Positions 1-9,344 of a DNA stretch of 51,953 bases are shown piece after piece. The notes beneath the pieces were generated by a model that saw only the letters and a program-made list of their open reading frames with translations, was not told the origin of the DNA and searched no databases. The stretch's first letter is position 1. Each line of letters starts with the position of its first letter. The position numbers and the translations under genes were made by a program. The DNA comes from Bacteroidales bacterium (GTDB taxonomy: Bacteria > Bacteroidota > Bacteroidia > Bacteroidales > FEN-979), in assembly GCA_035505995.1 (NCBI GenBank), contig DATJQF010000162.1, forward strand, positions 1 to 51,953. The letters run 5' to 3'.

Positions 1-2
1 AA

Positions 3-1151
3 AATCACCGGAACATCTTTGATTTCTCCCAGAAATACGGCAAGCAGATGATCTGGATCGTTGCTGCCCTGGTGCTGGCCATGATCACGCTGCTGATCGA
101 CGGGAAGTTTTTCTCCCAGTTTGCCTACCCGATCTACGGAATCTGCCTGCTGATGCTGATCGCCGTCATTTTTGCCGGGCGGGAGATCCAGGGATCCCGC
201 TCCTGGTTCCAGGTGGGGGGCATTGCCCTGCAGCCCGCCGAGTTTGCCAAAATGGCCACTGCCCTGGCCGTCTCGAAGTATCTCACTACCGTGGATGTGG
301 ATCTCCGGAAAGCAAAGACCTATTTCCTGGCAAGCCTGCTCATCCTGCTTCCCGGGGTGCTGGTCCTGCTGGAACACGATACGGGATCGGCCCTGGTGTT
401 CATTTCCTTCGTGTTCCTGCTCTATCGCGCCGGCATGCCCGGACTGGTGCTGGTGGCTATTTTTGCCTTTCCCGTGCTGGGCGTCCTGGCCCTGCTGTTC
501 AATAAATTCATCATTGCCGGGGCGATCCTGGGTGCCGGCATCCTTTGGTTCCTGTATACCCGACGGCGGATCCGTGACCTCCTCCGGGTGCTGGCGGTCG
601 TGGCGGTGGCCGTGGGATTTGTCTTCTCGGTGAATTTCGTTTTCAACCATATCCTCGAACCTCATCAGAAAACGAGGATCGAGGTGCTGCTGGGGAAAGA
701 CACCGACGTGAAAGGAGCCGGCTATAACGTGAACCAGTCGCTGATCGCGATCGGATCGGGCGGTTGGATCGGGAAGGGATTCCTGCATGGCACGCAGACC
801 AAATTCAATTTCGTGCCGGAGCAAAGCACCGATTTCATCTTCTGCACGGTCGGGGAAGAATACGGGTTCCTGGGAAGCACGGTCCTGATCGCCCTGTATA
901 TGATCCTGCTTTTACGGATCCTCTTCGTGGCGGAGCGGCAGCGTTCCCGGTTCAGCCGGCTGTACGGGTACGGGGTCGCCTCGGTCATCTTTTTCCATTT
1001 TGCGATCAATATCGGCATGACCCTGGGGCTGATCCCGGTGATCGGCATCCCGCTGCCTTTCTTCAGCTATGGCGGATCCGCCCTCTGGGCGTTCACCCTG
1101 CTGCTGTTCATATTCATCCGGCAGGACGCTTACCGGTACGAACTGCTCTGA
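3..1151 (+). CDS. rodA: SEDS-family peptidoglycan polymerase, RodA-like (5' end truncated by window edge)
   Basis: The reading frame is open from nt 3 to the ATG at 48, so the true start probably lies upstream of the window. The protein is polytopic. SEDS motifs are GKGFLHGTQTKFNFVPEQSTDFIF and IPLPFFSYGGSA. GKG-LHGTQ resembles RodA more than FtsW. Confidence 0.85.
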   Translation, partial: NHRNIFDFSQKYGKQMIWIVAALVLAMITLLIDGKFFSQFAYPIYGICLLMLIAVIFAGREIQGSRSWFQVGGIALQPAEFAKMATALAVSKYLTTVDVDLRKAKTYFLASLLILLPGVLVLLEHDTGSALVFISFVFLLYRAGMPGLVLVAIFAFPVLGVLALLFNKFIIAGAILGAGILWFLYTRRRIRDLLRVLAVVAVAVGFVFSVNFVFNHILEPHQKTRIEVLLGKDTDVKGAGYNVNQSLIAIGSGGWIGKGFLHGTQTKFNFVPEQSTDFIFCTVGEEYGFLGSTVLIALYMILLLRILFVAERQRSRFSRLYGYGVASVIFFHFAINIGMTLGLIPVIGIPLPFFSYGGSALWAFTLLLFIFIRQDAYRYELL

Positions 1152-1154
1152 TTA

Positions 1155-1175
1155 ATTACGGATTACGGATTACGG
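1155..1175. repeat. Tandem heptanucleotide repeat (ATTACGG)x3
   Basis: Three perfect copies start 4 nt after the rodA stop (TGA 1149-1151). The unit is the same as in the 10-copy array at 34076-34145. Confidence 0.9.
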
Positions 1176-1280
1176 ATAAAATGGCAAATAAAGATTGTTT
1201 ATATCCTGTAGGACAATATAATACAATTCGATTCTTCTCGTTTACATAAATGAATTCTATTTTACCCGAATCCGGCAGTA

Positions 1281-3188
1281 ATGGCGAAATGCCTGCGTAC
1301 GAACCTTCTTTGCTTTTCTCAAATTCACCTCATGGTATTTGTCTTTCTCCTGCTCAGTGTGAATTCTGCCGTATCCGCACAAGCCCCGGATACCCTTGCC
1401 AGGGCTCGCCATCTCCGGGACGAACATAAAATAAAGGAAGCCATTTCCCTGGTTAAATCGTATCATGCTGGTCACGCCGATGATTTCAATACGAACTGGT
1501 TGTACGGACAGCTGTCTTATTATGCGGGAAACTTTAAAAAATCGCAAAAGCTGTATGAAGCAGCGATCCGGCAGGCCCCCGGCAACCTATACCTGCAGCT
1601 GGATTATGCCGGGGTCCTGGTGGAGATGGGAAAATATTCCGGGGCAAAACCCTATGTCAAGTCCTATCTGGCATATGATCCGTCGAATGCCCGTGCCCTG
1701 GAGCTTTCCCGGTTGGCCAACTGGGATGAAAAGATCGCGGATACGCTTGAAATGAGCCGGCGGCTGAGGGATCACGGGAAGATCCGGGAAGCCTCCTCGC
1801 TCTCCGGAACCTATTACCGCCATCACCCGGATGATTTCAATGCGTTGTGGCTGTATGCGCAGATCTCCTGGCTGGCCGGTCATTATCACCGGTCCTGCGC
1901 ACTCTATGAGAAAGCCATGCAAATGGCTCCCAAAAATCTCTACCTGCAGCTCGACTACGCCAACATCCTTGTCAGCCGGGGAGATTACCCGAAAGCCCGT
2001 CCCCTGCTGGAAACCTACCTCGCCTATGACACGGGCCATACGGGGGCTCGTCTCGGGCTGGCCAACCTGTATTACGGGGAATGCCGTTACCCGGAAGCCA
2101 TGGCCGAACTTGACCGGGTACAACGTCCTGATAAAGACCTATCAGCCTACCTGGCTCTCCGGAACAAAGTAATTCTTGCCCGCTCCCCGTGGCTGGACCT
2201 GAAGGAAGGCTTCCTGACCGATGATCAGCCCCTGGGAAGCCTGACCTCCCGGCTGGCAACCGGCCTGTACCTTCACCCGCTTTCATTCCTGGATTTCGCG
2301 ATCCAGGTGCCGGTATTTTTCAAAAGCAACGGGGCATATCCGGCTTACTGGCTGACCGCCGAGAATATCTCCTATATCAGCCGTCCCCGCATGAAGATCG
2401 GGCTGGAAGCGGGAATATTGAAATTCCCCGTCCTCAGCAAATATTCCTGGACCGGGAGCGTGGACCTGGAAAAAACCATGCTGCATCATCTCGTATTATC
2501 CGTCTCGGGAGCCTATAAGCCCTATTTTGCGACCCTGAGCAGTATCGACACCGCGGTCATGGAAGGGGATCTCGCTGCCTCCGTCGCCTGGAACGACCCG
2601 GAGAAATGGAACGGGGACTTCACCTTCGACTTCCATTATTTTCCCATCAACAAGAATTCGGTTTATTCATTCAACGGGTGGATCTTCGCTCCCCCGGTAA
2701 AATTTTCCGTCATTGAACTTCGTCTGGGGTACGGCTTTAACTACAGCACCTCCACCACCAACTGCTATGTACCCGTTCAATCGCTTGATGAGGTCATCGC
2801 AACTTATGATCCGAACGGTTCCCTCGCCGGAGTGTATGATCCTTACTTCACCCCCGACCGGCAGCAGATCCATTCCGCCCTCCTCTCCGCCCGTTTCTGG
2901 CCGCGAAAGCCTTTCAGTTTGGGGCTGAATGTTAATTTCGGATTCTATGCCACCGCGCAGGTGCCCTATCTCTATCTTGACAAAGACAACGCGGGCCAGT
3001 TCTATATCGACCGTGACTTTTTCCATAAGAATTTCCTGACCGGAAGCGCCACGGTTTTTGCTGATGCCCGTATTTCGACTACCTTTCGCCTGCATGCGGA
3101 ATATACCTATTATAACACCCTTTTCTTTATCAGTCATTACGTCAGCCTGGGCATGATCGTCCATTTCCGGAATGAAAAAGGAAAGTAA
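1281..3188 (+). CDS. Outer-membrane TPR-repeat protein with C-terminal beta-barrel-like domain (polysaccharide export candidate)
   Basis: Signal peptide (VFVFLLLSVNSAVSAQA; the start may be M18 at 1332). Two tandem TPR-like blocks of about 105 aa (aa 35-137 and 152-256). The C-terminal 340 aa or so are aromatic-rich with alternating hydrophobicity and end in IVHF. The gene overlaps the downstream GT2 by 17 nt. Confidence 0.7.
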   Translation: MAKCLRTNLLCFSQIHLMVFVFLLLSVNSAVSAQAPDTLARARHLRDEHKIKEAISLVKSYHAGHADDFNTNWLYGQLSYYAGNFKKSQKLYEAAIRQAPGNLYLQLDYAGVLVEMGKYSGAKPYVKSYLAYDPSNARALELSRLANWDEKIADTLEMSRRLRDHGKIREASSLSGTYYRHHPDDFNALWLYAQISWLAGHYHRSCALYEKAMQMAPKNLYLQLDYANILVSRGDYPKARPLLETYLAYDTGHTGARLGLANLYYGECRYPEAMAELDRVQRPDKDLSAYLALRNKVILARSPWLDLKEGFLTDDQPLGSLTSRLATGLYLHPLSFLDFAIQVPVFFKSNGAYPAYWLTAENISYISRPRMKIGLEAGILKFPVLSKYSWTGSVDLEKTMLHHLVLSVSGAYKPYFATLSSIDTAVMEGDLAASVAWNDPEKWNGDFTFDFHYFPINKNSVYSFNGWIFAPPVKFSVIELRLGYGFNYSTSTTNCYVPVQSLDEVIATYDPNGSLAGVYDPYFTPDRQQIHSALLSARFWPRKPFSLGLNVNFGFYATAQVPYLYLDKDNAGQFYIDRDFFHKNFLTGSATVFADARISTTFRLHAEYTYYNTLFFISHYVSLGMIVHFRNEKGK

Positions 3189-4773
3189 GAATCTCTGGCA
3201 GTACCGCGAGGTTCCGGCTCCCGGAAGGTATGAACGGTTCATCCTGCTGGTGCTGATCATTGCCGGACTGATCGCGATCGTTCAGTTTGCCGACTGGTGG
3301 TTCCGGGCGATGCATATCGGCAATATCTACCTGTATATCCTCCTGAGCCTTTGCTTCTGGTTCGGGATCACCCGCCTGATCCTGGTCTGGATCAATTACC
3401 TCCATATCCGGAAACCCCCGCGCACCCATCCCAAAGAGGGCCTCAGTGTGGCTGTTTTCACGACCAGCTCGCCGGGGGAGCCGGTCACCATGTTTGATAA
3501 GACCCTGGCGGCCTGCCGGAACATCGCCTATCCCCATACCACCTACCTGCTGGATGATACCCGCGATCCGGCTTTCCGGGCGGTCGCCGAAAAGCACGGG
3601 GCCGTCTGGCTGGAACTGGTCGGATTTCCCGGCGCCAAGGCGGCAAAGATCAATGAAGCTCTGAAGCTGACCCGGGAGGAATTCATCCTGGTGCTCGACC
3701 CGGATCATATCCCCTTCCCCGATTTCCTGGATCATACCCTGGGGTATTTCGAGGACGAAGAGGTAGGATTCGTGCAGGTTTCCCAGGCATATTATAACCA
3801 GTACCGCTCTTTCACGGCAAAGGGGGCGGCCGAGCAAACCTATACGTTTTACGGTCCGACCCAGATGGGGTTGTACGGACTGGGCGGTGCGGTGGCGATC
3901 GGCGCCAACTGTACCTTCCGCAGAAAGGCCCTGGAAAGCATCGGCGGACACGGCATCGGGCTGGCCGAAGACCTGGTCACCTCCATCCGGCTGCACGGGG
4001 CGGGGTGGAAGTCGGTATATAACCCGGTCATCGTCAGCCGCGGGCTGGTGCCCGAGGATTTCGGATCCTTCTGCAAGCAGCAGTTGAAATGGGCCCGGGG
4101 AGTTTTTGAAATGACGTTTGTAGAATTCCCGAAGCTGTTCACGCGGCTGAAATTCCTTCAGAAGCTGTCCTATTTCTCCATCGGCACCTATTACCTGGTC
4201 GGGACCACTTCCTTTTTCTTCACGCTGATCCCTTTCCTCTTTTTCCTCACCGGCATCCAGCCGGCGCGGATGTCCTTTGTCGATTTCATCATCCGCGGAT
4301 CCATCGTGGCGGTGATAGCCATAGCGATCTACCTTTACGTGCAGCAGTGGTTGTGTCACCCGCAGTCGGAACGGGGACTTCACTGGCGGGGGATGATCCT
4401 GAAATATGCCTCCTGGCCGGTCCATTTCCTGGGGTTCCTGCTGGCGCTGGTGAATGCGGAGATCCCTTATATCCCGACGGCCAAAAAGGCCGTGACCGGG
4501 TACTTCACCCCCTTTGCCCGGCCCCTGATCATTCAATGCATTCTCTTCATCTTTACCGTCACCGTGGTGCTGATCAAGAGAAGGTATTTTCTTCCCGAGA
4601 GCGACCTGGTCCTGTCTGCGGAAAGGATCTGGGCGATGATCGGGTTTGCCTTCATTGCCTTTATTCTCTCCATAGGAGGTGTATTTGCAGCCCTGGAGGC
4701 ACAACGGTTGAAGCCGGAAGAACCCTGGGAATCGGTGGACCTGGATCAAATCAAACCCGAAAATCATGACTAA
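3172..4773 (+). CDS. Processive family-2 glycosyltransferase, cellulose-synthase (BcsA)-like catalytic core, no PilZ domain
   Basis: N-terminal TM helices, then the motifs LLDDTRD, LDPDHIP (DxD), LAEDLVTSIRLH (the TED motif; compare BcsA TEDAHTSLRLH) and QQLKWARG (a Q-x-x-R-W variant). A C-terminal TM bundle follows. The gene overlaps both neighbours. Confidence 0.85.
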   Translation: MKKESKNLWQYREVPAPGRYERFILLVLIIAGLIAIVQFADWWFRAMHIGNIYLYILLSLCFWFGITRLILVWINYLHIRKPPRTHPKEGLSVAVFTTSSPGEPVTMFDKTLAACRNIAYPHTTYLLDDTRDPAFRAVAEKHGAVWLELVGFPGAKAAKINEALKLTREEFILVLDPDHIPFPDFLDHTLGYFEDEEVGFVQVSQAYYNQYRSFTAKGAAEQTYTFYGPTQMGLYGLGGAVAIGANCTFRRKALESIGGHGIGLAEDLVTSIRLHGAGWKSVYNPVIVSRGLVPEDFGSFCKQQLKWARGVFEMTFVEFPKLFTRLKFLQKLSYFSIGTYYLVGTTSFFFTLIPFLFFLTGIQPARMSFVDFIIRGSIVAVIAIAIYLYVQQWLCHPQSERGLHWRGMILKYASWPVHFLGFLLALVNAEIPYIPTAKKAVTGYFTPFARPLIIQCILFIFTVTVVLIKRRYFLPESDLVLSAERIWAMIGFAFIAFILSIGGVFAALEAQRLKPEEPWESVDLDQIKPENHD

Positions 4774-5938
4774 AAAGACGCATAGGATCCTGTATGCCGT
4801 GATCGCCCTTTCGGCCGCCGTGCTGGTGATCATCGGGCTTTCCTTTATCGGGGGACGCTCGCGGGGCCCGCTGGAAGGCCTTTTCTCCAAGGCGGGCAGC
4901 GTGGTTACGGAAGTGGAATCCGACGTGATCCTCGGCCAGCGGGAGCATAAGCGCTCCGATCGCCTGAAATGGTTCCAAGCGTATATCAGGGATAAAAGCC
5001 TGCTTAAAAACCCGCGGATCATCCTCCTGGGTGCGTATGATAACCAGACGGCTGAAACATTTGGAAGCATCAATGATTTTGAAGATTCGCTGCAAACCGT
5101 TTTCCCCCTGATCCACATTTATACCGCCTGGGGAACGAAGCCGGAGGAACAATTCCCCGGAAAGCAGGTGGATGCCATCCTGGCCATGGGTTCCGTGCCG
5201 GTCATCACGTGGGAGCCCTGGCTGACCGATTTTGATGCGGAGAAATACCCGAATCTCCGCAAGCCGGAGATACGGGACAAGCATGGATTGACGGATGTGG
5301 CCCGGGGGCTGTATGATCCCTATATCACGGAGTGGGCCATCGCCGCCCGGGAGGTTAAATCCCCGCTTTTCCTTCGCGTGGGTCATGAAATGAACGACCC
5401 GTACCGCTATCCCTGGGGACCGCAGAACAATACGGCCCGCGAGTTCGTGGCTGCCTGGCGGCATATCCACAACCTGTTCAAAGCCGTGGGAGCCGGAAAT
5501 GTCATCTGGATCTGGTCGCCCCATCCCGCCTATGGCTTTTTCGATGCCTATTACCCGGGAAACGATTATGTGGATTGGGTAGGCGTGGGAGTGCTGAATT
5601 ACGGTACGGTGGCTTCCTGGTCACAATGGTGGTCCTTCAAGGATATCTTCGGGAAACATTACCAAGAGCTTTCCCGGTTCAAAAAGCCCATCGTACTGAC
5701 GGAATTCGGGTGCCTCAACGTGGGCGGAGACCGGGGAAAATGGTTCGGAGAGGCGTTGAGCCATCTTCCTCAGGACTACCCGGCCCTGAAAGCGATTCTC
5801 TTCTTCCATTACTCCTATGATAAAACCACCACCCAGCAACCCCTGAACTGGTATATCAAGGACGATTCCTCGGCCACCAATTCGATCATCCGGAGCATCC
5901 GGCAGTGGCCGGATTCCGTGAAACCCGGAAAATATTAG
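4766..5938 (+). CDS. Membrane-anchored glycoside hydrolase, GH26-like (beta-mannanase/endoglucanase family)
   Basis: N-terminal TM anchor (ILYAVIALSAAVLVIIGLSF). GH26-type motifs are RVGHEMNDPYRYPWG (acid/base Glu), YYPGNDYVDWVGVGVLNYG and PIVLTEFG (nucleophile Glu). The gene overlaps the GT2 stop by 8 nt. Confidence 0.75.
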   Translation: MTKKTHRILYAVIALSAAVLVIIGLSFIGGRSRGPLEGLFSKAGSVVTEVESDVILGQREHKRSDRLKWFQAYIRDKSLLKNPRIILLGAYDNQTAETFGSINDFEDSLQTVFPLIHIYTAWGTKPEEQFPGKQVDAILAMGSVPVITWEPWLTDFDAEKYPNLRKPEIRDKHGLTDVARGLYDPYITEWAIAAREVKSPLFLRVGHEMNDPYRYPWGPQNNTAREFVAAWRHIHNLFKAVGAGNVIWIWSPHPAYGFFDAYYPGNDYVDWVGVGVLNYGTVASWSQWWSFKDIFGKHYQELSRFKKPIVLTEFGCLNVGGDRGKWFGEALSHLPQDYPALKAILFFHYSYDKTTTQQPLNWYIKDDSSATNSIIRSIRQWPDSVKPGKY

Positions 5939-6075
5939 CGGAACAGGCTTACCCGCTCGAATTCGAGGTGTCCATGAGATCCAGGGTCCAGAACATTTTT
6001 ATCCACTTTACCGCCCGGGTGATCTTTTTCAGCCTGGCGTTGTTGAAGAAATACAGGAAACAAAAGCCCACCCAG

Positions 6076-6090
6076 GTTCGAATTTCGAAC
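6076..6090. terminator. Perfect 15-nt palindrome between convergent genes (weak bidirectional terminator candidate)
   Basis: GTTCGAATTTCGAAC lies between the GH26 (+) and carB (-) 3' ends. There is no adjoining T-tract and the stem is short. Confidence 0.25.
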
Positions 6091-6128
6091 GACGAACTTC
6101 GTACGCATGGTCAACTGCGAGTTCGTAC

Positions 6129-9100
6129 TTAGAAATATTCCTGCCAGGACTTGATGGAAACTGCTGAGATATCCGTTTTGCAGAAAGCGTAGATGAACGC
6201 ACTGGCCAACCGGGCATTCGTGATGAGCGGGATATTGAAATCGATGGCCCCGCGGCGGATCTGGTAGTCGTTGCTGAGCTCTCCCCGGCTCAGATTCTTC
6301 GGGATGTTGATCACCAGGTCGATCTCCTTGGCCCGGAGCCGGTCCATGACATTGGGCTTTCGCGCGTCGTCCGGCCAGTGGAGCAGCTCCGAGGCCACCC
6401 CGTGCTGGGTGAGAAAGTCATGCGTGCCGGCGGTGGCGTAGATCTTCAACCCTTTTTCGGCCAGCAGCTGGGCGCTTTCGAGCATTTCCATTTTCGACCG
6501 GGTGGGTCCGCTCGAGATGAGCACCCCTTTTTCGGGGATCGCGTAACCGACCGATAACATGGCGGTGAGAATGGCTTCATAATAGCTGTCGCCGATACAC
6601 CCCACCTCTCCCGTCGATACCATTTCCACCCCCAGCACGGGGTCGGCCTTCTGCAGCCTGGAAAAAGAGAACTGGGAAGCTTTCACTCCCACATGCTCGA
6701 TATCGAACAGGGTCTTATCCGGCTTCCGGACCGGCAGCCCGAGCATGATCCGCGTGGCGATGGTGATGAAATTGGTCTTCAGGACCTTTGAAATGAAGGG
6801 AAAGCTCCGCGACGCCCGCAGGTTGCATTCGATCACCATCACATCGTTGTCCTTGGCCAGGAACTGGATGTTGAAAGGTCCCGAGATCTTCAGGTCCTGC
6901 GCGATCTGCCTGGAGATGCGCTTGATCCTTCTCACGGTTTCCACGTAGATCTTCTGCGGCGGGAAAAGCATGGTCGCATCCCCCGAGTGAACCCCGGCAA
7001 ACTCCACATGCTCGCAGATCGCATAGCAAACGATTTCCCCGTTCCGGGCCACGGCATCCATCTCGATCTCCTTGGCGTCTTCAATGAACCGGGAAACCAC
7101 GACAGGGTATTGCTTCGAAACGTTGGCGGCCAGTTCCAGGTAATGGTTGAGCTCGTTCTTGTTGGAGACGATGTTCATGGCGGCGCCGCTGAGAACGTAG
7201 GAGGGCCTGACAATGACCGGGAACCCTGCTTCTTCCGCAAATTGCTGCACCTCCCCGCTGCTGGTCAGCTCCTTCCATCTCGGCTGATCGATCTCCAGCT
7301 GATCCAGCAGGGCCGAGAATTTATGCCGGTTCTCCGCCCGGTCGATGGAGACCGGCGAGGTCCCCAGGATCGGGATCCCCTGCTGGTGGAGACGGATGGC
7401 CAGGTTGTTGGGGATCTGTCCTCCGGTGGAAACGATCACTCCTTTCGGTTGCTCGAGCTCCAATATATCCATCACCCGCTCGAACGTCAGCTCCTCGAAA
7501 TAAAGCCGGTCGCACATATCATAATCCGTGCTGACGGTCTCGGGATTGTAATTGATCATCACCGACCGGTAGCCTTCGTTGCGGATCGTTTCAATGGCAT
7601 TTACCCCGCACCAGTCGAATTCCACGCTGCTGCCGATGCGGTACGCCCCCGATCCCAGCACCACCACCGAATTCCCGTCATCCGGGAATTCAATATCGTG
7701 GGTGCTGCCGTTGTAAGTCACATAGAGGTAGTTGGTCTTGGCCGGGTACTCGGCCGCCAGGGTGTCGATCTGCTTGACGCAGGGCAGAATGTTCAGCTTT
7801 TTCCGGTAATCCCTGACTTCCAGCAAGTCCTCGGTGACCTTTTCCTTTTCATGCTTGATCACCAGCCGGGCAACCTGGAAATCCGAGAAACCCGCTTTCT
7901 TGGCGGTCAGCAGGAGCTCCGGGGAAAGCTCTTCCAGGCTCCGGCAGGCAAACAGCTCGTTCCGGATCTCGTAAATATTCTTCAGCTTCTCCAGGAACCA
8001 CCGGTCGATGCGGGTGAGCTCAAAGATGCGCTCCGTGGTGTATCCTTTCAGCAGCGCCATCGCGATGACGAAGATGCGCATGTCGGTAGGCGCCGCCAGC
8101 TCCTTTTCGATCAGGGTATCCTCGATATCCTTGTTCCCCATGAACCCGTGCATGCCCTGGCCGATCATCCGGAGGCCTTTCTGGATGGCTTCTTCGAACG
8201 TCCTTCCGATCGCCATCACCTCTCCGACGCTTTTCATGCTGCTCCCGATCTGGCGGGAAACCCCTTCGAATTTATCCAGGTCCCAGCGCGGGATCTTGCA
8301 GACGATATAATCGAGGGCGGGTTCAAAGAAGGCGGAAGTATCGCGGGTCACCGAGTTTCTCAATTCCGACAGGCGGTACCCGATCGCCAGCTTGGCGGCC
8401 ACGAAGGCCAGCGGGTAGCCGGTGGCCTTGGAGGCCAGGGCGCTCGAACGGGAAAGACGTGCATTCACCTCGATCACCCGGTAATCCTCCGATCCCGGGT
8501 CCAGGGCGAACTGCACATTGCATTCCCCCACGATCCCGATATGGCGGATGATGCGGATGGAGAGCTCCCGGAGTTTGTGGTATTCCCGGTTGGTCAGCGT
8601 CTGCGAGGGAGCCACCACGATGCTTTCCCCCGTATGGATGCCGAGCGGATCGAAATTCTCCATGTTGCACACCGTGATGCAGTTGTCGAACCGGTCGCGC
8701 ACCACCTCGTATTCCACCTCTTTCCATCCTTTCAGGGATTCCTCCACCAGCACCTGGCTGGAATAGGAGAAGGATTTTTCCGTCAGGGCAAGGATCTCCT
8801 CCTCGCCGGAGCAGAACCCGCTTCCCAGTCCGCCCAGTGCATAGGCCGATCGTACGATCACCGGGTAGCCCAGCTCTGCCGCCGCTTTTGCAGCTTCCCC
8901 GGGAGAGGTCACGGCAAGGCTCCTGGGGGTATTCACCCCTATTTCTCCCAGCTTATGGGCGAACAGCTCCCGGTCTTCCGTATCGATGATCGCCTGAACG
9001 GGAGTTCCCAGGACGTCCACCTTATATTTCTTCAGCACGCCGGAACGGAACAATGCGATCCCGCAGTTCAGTGCCGTTTGTCCGCCGAATGCCAGCAGGA

Positions 9101-9344
9101 TCCCTTCCGGCCTTTCTTTCTTGATGACCTGTTCTACGAAGAACGGCGTTACCGGCAGGAAATAGATATGATCGGCAATGCCTTCCGAGGTTTGTACCGT
9201 GGCGATGTTGGGGTTGATCAGGATCGTTTCGATGCCTTCTTCCCGCAACGCTTTAAGCGCCTGGGTCCCGGAATAATCGAATTCCCCGGCTTCCCCGATC
9301 TTCAGGGCGCCAGATCCCAGCAGTATGACTTTCTTCAGCGGCAT
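6129..9344 (-). CDS. carB: Carbamoyl-phosphate synthase large subunit
   Basis: 1071 aa with two ATP-grasp halves (for example KVILLGSGALKIGEAGEFDYSG and VVVLGSGAYRIGSSVEFDWC) and a C-terminal MGS-like domain. It is full length relative to canonical CarB. Confidence 0.97.
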   Translation of the reverse strand: MPLKKVILLGSGALKIGEAGEFDYSGTQALKALREEGIETILINPNIATVQTSEGIADHIYFLPVTPFFVEQVIKKERPEGILLAFGGQTALNCGIALFRSGVLKKYKVDVLGTPVQAIIDTEDRELFAHKLGEIGVNTPRSLAVTSPGEAAKAAAELGYPVIVRSAYALGGLGSGFCSGEEEILALTEKSFSYSSQVLVEESLKGWKEVEYEVVRDRFDNCITVCNMENFDPLGIHTGESIVVAPSQTLTNREYHKLRELSIRIIRHIGIVGECNVQFALDPGSEDYRVIEVNARLSRSSALASKATGYPLAFVAAKLAIGYRLSELRNSVTRDTSAFFEPALDYIVCKIPRWDLDKFEGVSRQIGSSMKSVGEVMAIGRTFEEAIQKGLRMIGQGMHGFMGNKDIEDTLIEKELAAPTDMRIFVIAMALLKGYTTERIFELTRIDRWFLEKLKNIYEIRNELFACRSLEELSPELLLTAKKAGFSDFQVARLVIKHEKEKVTEDLLEVRDYRKKLNILPCVKQIDTLAAEYPAKTNYLYVTYNGSTHDIEFPDDGNSVVVLGSGAYRIGSSVEFDWCGVNAIETIRNEGYRSVMINYNPETVSTDYDMCDRLYFEELTFERVMDILELEQPKGVIVSTGGQIPNNLAIRLHQQGIPILGTSPVSIDRAENRHKFSALLDQLEIDQPRWKELTSSGEVQQFAEEAGFPVIVRPSYVLSGAAMNIVSNKNELNHYLELAANVSKQYPVVVSRFIEDAKEIEMDAVARNGEIVCYAICEHVEFAGVHSGDATMLFPPQKIYVETVRRIKRISRQIAQDLKISGPFNIQFLAKDNDVMVIECNLRASRSFPFISKVLKTNFITIATRIMLGLPVRKPDKTLFDIEHVGVKASQFSFSRLQKADPVLGVEMVSTGEVGCIGDSYYEAILTAMLSVGYAIPEKGVLISSGPTRSKMEMLESAQLLAEKGLKIYATAGTHDFLTQHGVASELLHWPDDARKPNVMDRLRAKEIDLVINIPKNLSRGELSNDYQIRRGAIDFNIPLITNARLASAFIYAFCKTDISAVSIKSWQEYF

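Noticed and set aside
3142-5118. 658-aa minus-strand ORF across the GT2/GH26 genes. The same class of long antisense ORFs occurs at 11130-12005, 13014-13757, 19054-19914, 20044-21261, 21370-22119, 23612-25234, 26779-27360, 28419-28994, 28938-30401, 30989-31720, 31925-32740, 33372-33959, 34693-35559, 37557-38957, 40790-41611, 42287-43207, 43265-43957, 46442-48028, 47034-48179, 48446-49132 and 49760-50371.
   Set aside because: Each lies opposite a CDS with strong family-level motifs, has an Arg/Pro/Gly/His-rich composition, and lacks signal peptides, TM segments or any conserved motif. I treat them all as non-coding shadows.
5905-6132. 75-aa plus-strand ORF and a Met-less minus-strand frame in the GH26-carB intergenic gap.
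   Set aside because: The ORF starts inside the GH26 3' end and runs into the carB 3' end. It has no motif and no promoter or start context. The minus-strand frame has no start codon until its last 15 codons.
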